A stretch of 63,652 nt of DNA from Clostridia bacterium (GTDB lineage Bacteria; Bacillota; Clostridia; TANB77; CAG-508): contig CAAECB010000046.1 of NCBI GenBank assembly GCA_900754285.1, forward strand, positions 1 through 63,652. The letters run 5' to 3'. The notes under the pieces are model-generated. The model had not been told where the DNA came from. It did not search any database and saw only the letters and a list, made by a program, of their open reading frames with translations. The position numbers and the translations under genes were made by a program. This document shows positions 55,418-63,652 of the stretch, piece after piece; position 1 is the first letter of the stretch, and each line of letters starts with the position of its first letter.

Positions 55418-55714
55418 TATTTTTGGGGACGGACTCAAAAAACACCACTGATAAATTTAATAAAATAATAAATGTTATATGGTTTAATAATTTTCTCGGT
55501 TCAATACACAAACTAAAAATTTCTAAAATAAAACAATGTAATCCTTCAGCTTAGTCCTCGCTTCGCTCGACGTGAAGCTCTTCCATTATTTTATTTAAGA
55601 AATTCTAAGATTGTTCCAATCACATTCGAAAATTATTTTTCCATATAACATTTATTATTTTTATATAAGTTGAAAAAATATGTGATGTTTTTTGAGTCCG
55701 TCCCCAAAAACACC
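55417..55714. mobile_element. MITE-like ~300-bp palindromic element bounded by inverted REP-like units
   Basis: Terminal units at 55417-55446 and 55684-55714 are inverted copies. The inner arms (~75 nt, AATAAATGTTATATGG...) are imperfect inverted repeats around a G+C-richer centre GCTTCGC-tcgac-GTGAAGC. No ORF. Confidence 0.45.
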
Positions 55715-55721
55715 AAAAACA

Positions 55722-57311
55722 TCACTTTATAGAATTTTGAGCACATTTTATTCCATCAATAGCCGCAGTCATAATACCACCAGCATAACCAGCGCCTTCC
55801 CCACAAGGAAATAGGCCAGTAACATTACTAGAAAAATCAGAATTCCTAACAATTCTAACAGGAGAGGAACTACGAGTCTCAACACCAGTCAAAATAGAAT
55901 CAGGATTATCAAAGCCAGCTAATTTAGAACCAAAGAAAGAAATACCTTCTTTAAGAGTGCTAGAAACGAAATCAGGCAAAATAGTATTTAAATCTGAAAG
56001 AGTAACACCAGGCAAATAAGAAGGTTTAATTACTCCAATATGGTCAGAAGGAGTATTATTTACAAAATCTTCGAATCTTTGAATAGGGGCAAAATAATTA
56101 GAGCCACCTAAAACAAAGGCCTTTTCTTCTAAATCTTTTTGAAAATCAATACCAGCAAGTACATTAGAAGAAGCAAAATCTGAAGGGGTAACATTAACTA
56201 AAACAGCACTATTGGCATTTACGCCATCTCGTAAAAATTTACTCATACCATTAGTAACAATAGTATTTTTTTCACTAGAAGAAGCCATAACTGTACCACC
56301 AGGGCACATACAAAAAGTATAGCAAGAACGTCCAGTTTCTTTGTTATGGTAAGCTAATTTATAATCAGCAGGTGGTAACTTTAATTTTGTAATTGAGCCA
56401 TATTGAGCTGCATTTATCATTTCTTGAAGGTGTTCTATTCTAACACCAACAGAAAAGTTTTTAGGTTCAATATGTATTCCGTTTTCATAAAGTTTATAAA
56501 AAGTATCTCTGCTACTATGGCCAATAGCAAGAATAACTGTATTAGTTTCAATTTGTGATATTTTTTTAGAAGAATCAGAAACATCTTGAATATAAACTTT
56601 AGAAATTTGATTATTAATTTTTTCAAAATCAATAAATTTAGTATTAAATAGAAAAGTTCCACCATGTGCCAAAATGTATTCTCTAATATTTTTTAAAATA
56701 TGTATTAAATTATCTGTACCAATATGTGGCTTTGATGTATATAAAATTTCTTCTGGAGCTCCAAATTTAACAAATGTTTCTAAAACAGTTTTACAATATG
56801 CAGAATTTATACCAGTAGTAAGTTTGCCATCAGAAAAAGTTCCAGCACCACCTTCGCCAAATTGAATATTTGAATTTGTATTTAAGATTCCTTTTTTAAT
56901 AAAACTGTTAATATCTTTTTGACGTTCATCTACAGATTTTCCTTGTTCAACTATTATAGGAAAAAGCCCGTTTTCGACAAAAGTGATTGCAGCAAATAAA
57001 CCAGCAGGTCCAGCACCAATAATTACAGGACGTTTAGAAAGAGCCTTATGTTCAATTTTAAATGCATTCTGTGATGTGGTTTCATTTATAATTTGAACAT
57101 TTTTTGTTTTTGAATATTTAAGTTCATTTTTTAGTTTGAAATCTAAAATATACACATAGTGTACATCTGCTTTATTACGTGCGTCTATTGATTTCTTTAT
57201 TATATGCCAATCTTCTATATCTTTAATATTAATTTTATTTTTATTACATACTTCAGCAAGTAATTCATCTTTTGTAACATCTTTTTTTATTTTAAAAGTT
57301 AATCTTAACAT
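55722..57311 (-). CDS. FAD-dependent protein (COG2509-type uncharacterised dehydrogenase)
   Basis: VIIGAGPAGLFAA dinucleotide fold, CMCPGG and the C-terminal GLFPCGEGAGYAGGI. Confidence 0.8.
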   Translation of the reverse strand: MLRLTFKIKKDVTKDELLAEVCNKNKINIKDIEDWHIIKKSIDARNKADVHYVYILDFKLKNELKYSKTKNVQIINETTSQNAFKIEHKALSKRPVIIGAGPAGLFAAITFVENGLFPIIVEQGKSVDERQKDINSFIKKGILNTNSNIQFGEGGAGTFSDGKLTTGINSAYCKTVLETFVKFGAPEEILYTSKPHIGTDNLIHILKNIREYILAHGGTFLFNTKFIDFEKINNQISKVYIQDVSDSSKKISQIETNTVILAIGHSSRDTFYKLYENGIHIEPKNFSVGVRIEHLQEMINAAQYGSITKLKLPPADYKLAYHNKETGRSCYTFCMCPGGTVMASSSEKNTIVTNGMSKFLRDGVNANSAVLVNVTPSDFASSNVLAGIDFQKDLEEKAFVLGGSNYFAPIQRFEDFVNNTPSDHIGVIKPSYLPGVTLSDLNTILPDFVSSTLKEGISFFGSKLAGFDNPDSILTGVETRSSSPVRIVRNSDFSSNVTGLFPCGEGAGYAGGIMTAAIDGIKCAQNSIK

Positions 57312-57490
57312 TTAATAACCTCTTTCCATAGATATAATAGAACACATTAATAAAATTGAGTTCTAATTGTTCAATTAAAATTATAATAATTTTTGTTTTA
57401 TAAATCAATAGTTAATGAAAAATATAAGGATAAAAGTATTGATATTTTAATTTTTTTTGTGTAAAATATTAAATATAAGATATAAAAGGA

Positions 57491-58009
57491 ATGAGAATAA
57501 AAATGATTAAAGATAATTTGATTCAAATAATTCATGAAATGGAAGATGTAACAAAATTATTTAAATTAGAGCCATTTGATATTTATATAATTGGTGGTAG
57601 TGCTTGTGTATTAGGAGAATATACAACTAGAGCCACAATGGATATAGACTTTATAGATTTAGGATATCCAGCAAAATATGGAAAAGTATTTGCTTTATTA
57701 AGAGATTATGATATACTTGAGTATCAAAGTACAATATTATCACCTACATATATGGAAAGAGCTAAGAAGTTAGAAGAATTTAAATATATAAATGTATATA
57801 TACTTTCAAAAGAAGACATTGTAATAAGTAAGATAATAAGGTTGGCGGATAAAGATTTTGATGATTTAGACCAAATAATGCCAGACTGTAAAGTAGAAAT
57901 ATTAAATAATATTATTCAAGAAATCTTAGATAGAGAAGATCTATTTGAAACTAAGAAAAATGAATTTAAAAGAAAATTGAAAATTTTTAAGGAGAAGTAT
58001 AATGTATAG
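57491..58009 (+). CDS. Minimal nucleotidyltransferase-fold protein (DUF6036-like)
   Basis: IYIIGGSACVLGEYTTRATMDIDFI (GS...DxD NTase motif) and ISKIIRLADKDFDDLDQI. The start may instead be ATG 57503. Confidence 0.5.
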   Translation: MRIKMIKDNLIQIIHEMEDVTKLFKLEPFDIYIIGGSACVLGEYTTRATMDIDFIDLGYPAKYGKVFALLRDYDILEYQSTILSPTYMERAKKLEEFKYINVYILSKEDIVISKIIRLADKDFDDLDQIMPDCKVEILNNIIQEILDREDLFETKKNEFKRKLKIFKEKYNV

Positions 58010-58337
58010 AATTTTTTGCGAAAGTTATCAAAATTTCTTACAATCTTTTGATGAAGATTGCAGTAGATTAAAAATATCAAAACCATTAGAATTGCTAGTA
58101 AATACTGATAAGTATAAGGAAGAAAAAGAAAAAAAAAGTAATCTATATTTAAAAACATGTGATTTATTATATTATATGCAAAAAAATATAAAGAAATATC
58201 CTAAATTAAAAGCATTTATATGGACTTTAAAATCAAGAGATATAGTAGGCAAACAGTACAAAATAGCAAAAAAGCAAGAATTAGAAGAACAAATCAAATT
58301 AGTAAATTCATTTTTACAATTAGCATATTGGTATTAA
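58002..58337 (+). CDS. Hypothetical 111-aa helical protein, overlapping the NTase gene by 8 nt
   Basis: AAGGAGA RBS inside the upstream gene. No His residue, so it is not a HEPN Rx4-6H protein. No motif recognised. Confidence 0.5.
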   Translation: MYRIFCESYQNFLQSFDEDCSRLKISKPLELLVNTDKYKEEKEKKSNLYLKTCDLLYYMQKNIKKYPKLKAFIWTLKSRDIVGKQYKIAKKQELEEQIKLVNSFLQLAYWY

Positions 58338-58338
58338 A

Positions 58339-58377
58339 AAAGAATTAAGGAGCTCTGCTAACACCTTAATTCTTTTT
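58339..58377 (+). terminator. Rho-independent terminator
   Basis: AAAGAATTAAGG-13 nt-CCTTAATTCTTT followed by TT. Confidence 0.7.
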
Positions 58378-58414
58378 AAATTCTAGGAAAGTTTTTAGAA
58401 CTTTCCTAGAATTT
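58378..58414. repeat. Perfect 16-bp hairpin (TTCTAGG family)
   Basis: AAATTCTAGGAAAGTT-tttag-AACTTTCCTAGAATTT. A related hairpin lies at 5942-5970. Confidence 0.8.
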
Positions 58415-58428
58415 AAAATATAATAATG

Positions 58429-58523
58429 CACAGAAATTTGCAAAGCAAATTTCGCGCGAGAACAAATATGCGGACTTTAAAATGCTCTAATAAGTGCTAA
58501 TGTTATTAATGTCCGCTTTTGTT
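58429..58523 (+). repeat. Copy of the ~95-nt intergenic element
   Basis: CACAGAAATTTGCAAAGCAAA...GCGGAC-37 nt-GTCCGC followed by TTTTGTTT. About 80% identical by hand alignment to 28313-28406. Confidence 0.7.
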
Positions 58524-58533
58524 TAATAAAATT

Positions 58534-59631
58534 TTAAACATTATCCTTTGCTCCAAAAGCAGAACCAACTAATTTTTTCAAAGCCTTCCATAAAGTAATG
58601 AAAAAGTTTTGTTGCTTTGACTGAACATCAATAGCAGTTTCAATACCACCATTTTCAATAATATTATATTTATGTTCTAACTGATTCATTTTTTCTATAT
58701 AATAATCATTGAAAAAAGAATAATTATCAGTCACACCAATATAATCTCTAAATTTATACAAACTTTTTCTATAATTTTCAACATCTTCCAAAGTAGAAAC
58801 ATTATTGAAAGAGTTATCAAAAAAGCTAGAAATAATTAAATTTTGAGTATTTATAAAAGTAGATTTTATAGAATCTTTTAAGTTGGAAATTTTTCTAACC
58901 ATCATATCAACTTTTTTATTACGATCATCAATTTGTAAAATCTTATTATTAAGCTTAACAATATTTTCTTCTGCCTCTAAGATTTTATCCAAAGAATTAC
59001 TAATATCATAATAAGTTTTTAAAGAAGTCAATTGAGCAACTTTATTTTTAAAATCATCAGTACTATTTAAAGTACTAGAAAATAGGACATCTTCTCCAAC
59101 TAAATAAGCAAGTTGACTAACCAAATTACATTCAACTGGGTAGTAAGAAGGACTAATAGTATCAAATTCAATTCCATAGTATTTTACACTATCTAAAGGA
59201 ATATTATTTACTTTAGAAGCCATTAACTGAACAGCAGCCTCATTTAGAGCAAGTCCGTAAATCTTAAATTCTGTATAATCACATAATCCCATGCGAATTA
59301 AGTAATTTTTTTTATCTTTAACTTCCTGGATGTGATGTATGCATTCATGTACAGCGAACTCTTCTCTATCTTCAGCTGGAATATGTTCATTAAAATAAAT
59401 AGCACTATTTTTATAAAAATATGTTGCTTCAGACATTCCTTCAGGCATTTTTGCTACATACATATCTAAACGTGAAAGCTCAATAAAAAGATTCCTTTCA
59501 TTTAATCCCATACCAGAAAAATTCTTACATAATTTTGAAGATATATTTCTGGCAAGAGAATTTATTGTTAGTGTATCTAATTTTTTTATAACTTCAATTC
59601 CATCTTTTCTTAAATCTGACTCAATACTCAT
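58534..59631 (-). CDS. Hypothetical protein with HExxH metallopeptidase-like motif and coiled-coil C-terminus
   Basis: FAVHECIHHIQE. ATG 59631 is preferred over the TTG at 59679, which overlaps leuS. Same strand as leuS, 37 nt downstream of it. Confidence 0.55.
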   Translation of the reverse strand: MSIESDLRKDGIEVIKKLDTLTINSLARNISSKLCKNFSGMGLNERNLFIELSRLDMYVAKMPEGMSEATYFYKNSAIYFNEHIPAEDREEFAVHECIHHIQEVKDKKNYLIRMGLCDYTEFKIYGLALNEAAVQLMASKVNNIPLDSVKYYGIEFDTISPSYYPVECNLVSQLAYLVGEDVLFSSTLNSTDDFKNKVAQLTSLKTYYDISNSLDKILEAEENIVKLNNKILQIDDRNKKVDMMVRKISNLKDSIKSTFINTQNLIISSFFDNSFNNVSTLEDVENYRKSLYKFRDYIGVTDNYSFFNDYYIEKMNQLEHKYNIIENGGIETAIDVQSKQQNFFITLWKALKKLVGSAFGAKDNV

Positions 59632-59668
59632 AGTACTTCTCAATCCTTTCTTGTGTACATTAATAAAT

Positions 59669-62077
59669 TTATTTAACAACTATATTGTAAATTTTATTTT
59701 TAACATAAATTTCTTTAACAATTGACTTATCACCTAATTTACTATCAATTGCATTATGAACTTTTTCTTTAATTGAATTTTCATCTTCATCTTTTTCAAT
59801 TTGAATAGTTGTTTTTAGTTTTCCATTAAATTGAATAGGTAAAGTGATTTCATTAGAAACAGTTTTAGCTTCATCATATTCTGGCCAGTTTTCATAAGCA
59901 ATGCTATCAGTATGACCAAGTACTGCCCATAATTCCTCTGTAATATGAGGAGCAACAGGGTTCAACAATTTTAGAAAACCTTCTGCATATTCAACAGGGA
60001 AGATACCACCATTATTAACTGATTTTGTTACAGTATTTATAAAAATCATCATTTGAGAAATAGCAGTATTAAAGTTCATAGTTTCATAATCATTAGTAAC
60101 TTTCTTAACAGTAAAATTATAAACTCTTTCCAAATCTGTATCATTAGATTTTTCTTGAGATAATTTACCAGATTCAGTATATAATCTCCAAACTCTATCC
60201 AAGAATTTACGGCTACCATCAATACCATTAGTATCCCAAGGTTTAGCAGCATCAATAGGTCCCATAAACATTTCATAAACTCTTAAACTATCTGCACCAT
60301 ATTGTTTAACCATATCGTCAGGATTAATAACATTACCTTTTGATTTGCTCATTTTTTCACCATTAGGACCCAAAATCATACCTTGATGACGTAATTTTGC
60401 AAATGGTTCTTTAACAGGAGAGACACCTTTTTTATATAAAAATTGATTCCAAAATCTTGAATATAAAAGATGACCTACAGCATGTTCTGGACCACCCATA
60501 TATAAATCAACAGGCATCCAATGTTTTAAAAGTTCTTTATTTGCAAGTTCTTCTTGATTATGTGGATCAATATATCTTAAGAAATACCAGCTTGAACCCG
60601 CAGAACCAGGCATTGTACTTGTTTCTCTCTTAGCAGGTTTACCATCAAAACTTGTATTTACCCAATCTATAGCTTTATCTAAAGGTGAAGCACCTGTTTT
60701 AGAAGGACTATAATCTTCAAGTTCAGGTAAAACTAAAGGTAATTCGTTTTCAGGTAAAGTCTCAATTTTATCATCAACAAAAACTACTGGAATTGGTTCA
60801 CCCCAATAACGTTGTCTTGCAAAAATCCATTCACGTAATTTATAATTGATTTTTCTAGTACCAATTTTATTATCTTCAAGCCAAGCAATCATTTTTTGCA
60901 TAGCCTCTTGTTTATCTAATCCATTTAAGAAATCAGAATTGATGTGTGTAGCATCTTCTGTAAAAGCTTGTTTAGAAATATCTCCACCTTCCAAAACAGG
61001 AATAATTTCTAATCCAAATTTTGTAGCAAACTCATAATCTCTTTGATCATGTGCAGGAACAGCCATTATAGCACCTGTACCATAAGAAACCAAAACATAA
61101 TCTGAAATCCAAATAGGGATTTTTTTGTTATTTACAGGATTAATAGCATAACTTCCAGTAAATACACCAGTTTTTTCCTTACTTAATTCAGTTCTTTCTA
61201 AATCAGATTTTGAAGCAGCCAATTTTATATAATTTTCAACATCTGCTAATTGTTCAGGTGTTGTAATTTTTTTAACAAGTTCATGTTCTGGAGATAGAAC
61301 ACAATATGTAGCTCCAAATAGAGTATCTGGTCTTGTTGTAAAAACTTTGAAATCCAAATTATCAAAACCATCAACTTTAAAATCAAGTTCAGCACCTTCT
61401 GATTTACCAATCCAATTACGTTGAATTTCTTTAGTAGATTCAGGCCAATCAATCTCATTTAAGCCATCTAGTAAGCTCTCAGCATATTTTGGAATATCCA
61501 AAACCCATTGTTTCATATTTTTACGAACAACAGGGAAACCGCCTCTTTCACTTTTACCATCAATAACTTCATCATTTGAAAGAACACATCCTAAACCTTC
61601 ACACCAATTAACAGGCATCTCAACTAATTTTGCTAAACCTTCTTTATACAATTGAATAAAAATCCATTGAGTCCATTTATAAAAATCAGGATCACAAGTT
61701 GAAACCTCTTTATCCCAATCAAAAGAAAATCCAAGCATTTTCAATTGTTTAGTAAAAGTCTCAATATTTTGTTTAGTAAAACCTGCAGGATGATTACCAG
61801 TCTTAATAGCATATTGTTCAGCAGGAAGGCCAAAAGAATCAAATCCCATAGGATGTAAAACATTATAACCTTGCATTCTTTTCATTCTTGACATTATATC
61901 TGTTGCAGTATACCCCTCTGGATGCCCAACATGAAGACCTTGTCCAGATGGATATGGAAACATATCTAATGCATAATATTTTGGTTTTGAGAAGTCCCAC
62001 ACGTCTGTTTTAAAAGTATGATGATCTTCCCAATATTTTTGCCATTTCTTTTCAACTTCTAAATGATTGTAAGTCAT
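59669..62077 (-). CDS. leuS: Leucine--tRNA ligase
   Basis: HVGHPEGY (HIGH), the KMSKSKGN motif and the CP1 editing domain. ATG 62077 gives the usual [17 protein letters not shown]-terminus. Confidence 0.96.
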   Translation of the reverse strand: MTYNHLEVEKKWQKYWEDHHTFKTDVWDFSKPKYYALDMFPYPSGQGLHVGHPEGYTATDIMSRMKRMQGYNVLHPMGFDSFGLPAEQYAIKTGNHPAGFTKQNIETFTKQLKMLGFSFDWDKEVSTCDPDFYKWTQWIFIQLYKEGLAKLVEMPVNWCEGLGCVLSNDEVIDGKSERGGFPVVRKNMKQWVLDIPKYAESLLDGLNEIDWPESTKEIQRNWIGKSEGAELDFKVDGFDNLDFKVFTTRPDTLFGATYCVLSPEHELVKKITTPEQLADVENYIKLAASKSDLERTELSKEKTGVFTGSYAINPVNNKKIPIWISDYVLVSYGTGAIMAVPAHDQRDYEFATKFGLEIIPVLEGGDISKQAFTEDATHINSDFLNGLDKQEAMQKMIAWLEDNKIGTRKINYKLREWIFARQRYWGEPIPVVFVDDKIETLPENELPLVLPELEDYSPSKTGASPLDKAIDWVNTSFDGKPAKRETSTMPGSAGSSWYFLRYIDPHNQEELANKELLKHWMPVDLYMGGPEHAVGHLLYSRFWNQFLYKKGVSPVKEPFAKLRHQGMILGPNGEKMSKSKGNVINPDDMVKQYGADSLRVYEMFMGPIDAAKPWDTNGIDGSRKFLDRVWRLYTESGKLSQEKSNDTDLERVYNFTVKKVTNDYETMNFNTAISQMMIFINTVTKSVNNGGIFPVEYAEGFLKLLNPVAPHITEELWAVLGHTDSIAYENWPEYDEAKTVSNEITLPIQFNGKLKTTIQIEKDEDENSIKEKVHNAIDSKLGDKSIVKEIYVKNKIYNIVVK

Positions 62078-62164
62078 TTTTATCACATTCCTTTCATGAA
62101 GCATAATTTTACACTATTATATACTTTAAACATCAAAAAATCAACTGATTTTAACAATATTTTA

Positions 62165-62226
62165 GGTGTTTTTGGGGCCGGGGCAAAAAAACACCTAATG
62201 CTTTCGGGGACGGAGTCAAAAACATC
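62165..62226. repeat. Two direct copies of the REP-like unit
   Basis: GGTGTTTTTGGGGCCGGGGCAAAAAAACACC (62165-62195) and AATGCTTTCGGGGACGGAGTCAAAAACATC (62197-62226). Confidence 0.85.
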
Positions 62227-62381
62227 AGCAAGGATTTAGGGATTTTATAAACAGAGTCAAAAAATATTTAATGAAAATAAAAATGTATATAAAAAGTAAA
62301 ATTAAGATAAAAAATTTTTTTAAAAGGAATATTAATTTTCAAACTTAACAAAAAACAAAAAACAAAGCAGAGGAGGAAAAA

Positions 62382-63122
62382 ATGAAGGAAAAAAAGAAAA
62401 ACGCAAGAGGAATCACGCTAATAGCATTAGTAGTAACAATAGTAGTATTACTAATACTAGCAGGGATAGCAATAAATGCACTAGTAGGAGACAACCGGAA
62501 TACTAAAAAGAGCAGCACAAGCCAAAGAAAAAACGATAATATCCAAAAAAGTAGAAGAAGTAAAATTAGCGTTAACAGAAGTAATAACAGAAAATGAAGG
62601 AGACAGAGAGAAGGTAACGGTAAGCGAGACCTTAGAAAAAATCAAAAAGAATTATAACAGCACAAAAGAAAAAGAAGCGATAATAGGAGAAGCCTTAGGA
62701 GATGAAGAGGACAAATTCCCAGGAGCAATAACATACAAAAAGCCGGCATCAAAATTATCAAAAGATGTAATAGTAACAGTAGACAGCAACTTAAATGTAA
62801 TAGGAGAAACAGCAGACTCTGGAGAAGATGATAGTGGAGAGATACAACAACGTATTTAGATTCTACAGCAAATGGAATTGATTGTCATATGATTTTAAAC
62901 ACTGAATTTGGAACAGAAGGAATTTTGGCATATTCAGAATATGGAACAATATCAACAGAATCAAATGATACAACAACAGGAAATGCTTCTGGAATATATC
63001 AATTAGAATCTGGCAGGGCTGAATATGTTTCAGGAATACATTCAAGTACAAATAGTTATACAAATATTATCGGAAACGAAGATAGTTCTCGTGCGGTAGT
63101 AGTATGTGGAGAAGGTCTATAA
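62382..63122 (+). pseudogene. Frameshifted, shortened paralogue of the pilin-like/FGE-domain gene
   Basis: The N-terminus RGITLIALVVTIVVLLILAGIA is intact. The frame breaks at AACCGG (~62496), and the next frame continues GILKRAAQAKEKT... to the stop at 62857. A third frame (62835-63122) carries TGNASGIYQLESGRAEYV...VVVCGEGL, which resembles the paralogue's C-terminus. Confidence 0.6.
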
Positions 63123-63222
63123 AATACCAAAATAAAAATTACAGAAAATAGCAAAAAACATTGCTATTTTCTTTTTTTTTTAGTAAAATATAATAAAATA
63201 AAAAAAGAAAGGCGGAAAAAGT

Positions 63223-63652
63223 ATGAAACTAAAAATGCCTTATGGAATAAGTAATTATGAGGAATTAATAACAGAAAATTACTATTATGTAGACAAAACA
63301 AAATATATAGAAAAATTAGAAAATCTACCAGAAAAAAGAATAATGTTTTTACGTCCAAGAAAATTCGGAAAAACACTATTTACAAGTGTATTAGAAAATT
63401 ATTATGACAAAAACAAAATAGATAAATTTGAAAAACTATATAGCAATACATATATAGGAAAAAATCCAACAAAATTAAAAAACAGCTATTCAATATTAAG
63501 ATTTAACTTTTCAGGAATAAACACAGAAACAGTAGAAACAACAATGAAAGGATTCAAAGAAAAAGTTTCAATATCAATAGATGGATTTGCAAAAAAATAT
63601 GGAATAGATTTCTATGTAAATCAAGAGCAAACAACAGAAGGAATAATGAGAA
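63223..63652 (+). CDS. AAA-ATPase-like / PD-(D/E)XK family protein (PF09820-type N-terminus), 3' end cut by the window
   Basis: MKLKMPYGISNYEELITENYYYVDKTKYIEKLE...FLRPRKFGKTLFTSVLENYY matches the predicted AAA-ATPase family common in gut Firmicutes and Bacteroidetes. The frame stays open to the window end. Confidence 0.6.
   Translation, partial: MKLKMPYGISNYEELITENYYYVDKTKYIEKLENLPEKRIMFLRPRKFGKTLFTSVLENYYDKNKIDKFEKLYSNTYIGKNPTKLKNSYSILRFNFSGINTETVETTMKGFKEKVSISIDGFAKKYGIDFYVNQEQTTEGIMR

Noticed and set aside
101-62226. Possibility that the recurring ~30-nt repeats form a CRISPR array.
   Set aside because: The copies are scattered over five loci, with at most three per locus and irregular or absent spacers. 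They occur in both orientations, and there are no cas genes. They fit a REP/MITE-type family.
62889-63122. 77-aa ORF as an independent gene.
   Set aside because: There is no RBS, and the frame is open upstream of the ATG back to 62835. Its sequence resembles the C-terminal part of the FGE-domain paralogue, so it is treated as part of pseudogene 62382-63122.

Overview
AT-rich (about 28-30% G+C by eye) chromosomal segment of a spore-forming Firmicute, Clostridia-like. The core genes are comEA, htrA, smc, a P-type Ca-ATPase, rpsF-ssb-rpsR, spo0A, an M23 peptidase/site-2 protease pair, minDE-rodA, dusB, mazF, aspS, nifS-type desulfurase, leuS and one initiator tRNA. No rRNA, CRISPR array, integrase or transposase was found. 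The most interesting locus is 40.2-47.6 kb. A compositionally foreign TelA-family gene there is followed by a separately promoted five-gene operon. That operon encodes a PP2C-like phosphatase, a vWA paralogue with a degenerate MIDAS, a 509-aa helical protein of unknown function, a vWA protein with an intact MIDAS, and a 782-aa protein built as pseudokinase + zinc ribbon + non-RD Ser/Thr kinase. This is an elaborated TerY-P-type (vWA/PP2C/kinase) module with no experimentally known function. Other notable items: a small insert downstream of spo0A with two paralogous candidate sRNA genes that each have their own promoter and terminator; a dispersed ~30-nt GC-cored palindromic repeat family, one pair of which bounds a ~300-bp MITE-like element; a second ~95-nt repeat family; an apparently orphan mazF; a pilin-like/FGE-sulfatase-domain gene between the site-2 protease gene and minD, with a frameshifted paralogue at 62.4 kb; a radical-SAM/methyltransferase (frameshifted)/GK-like kinase/DUF402 cluster; an internally duplicated orphan protein; and a small nucleotidyltransferase two-gene module. 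Coordinates of non-CDS features were counted by hand and may be off by 1-2 nt.
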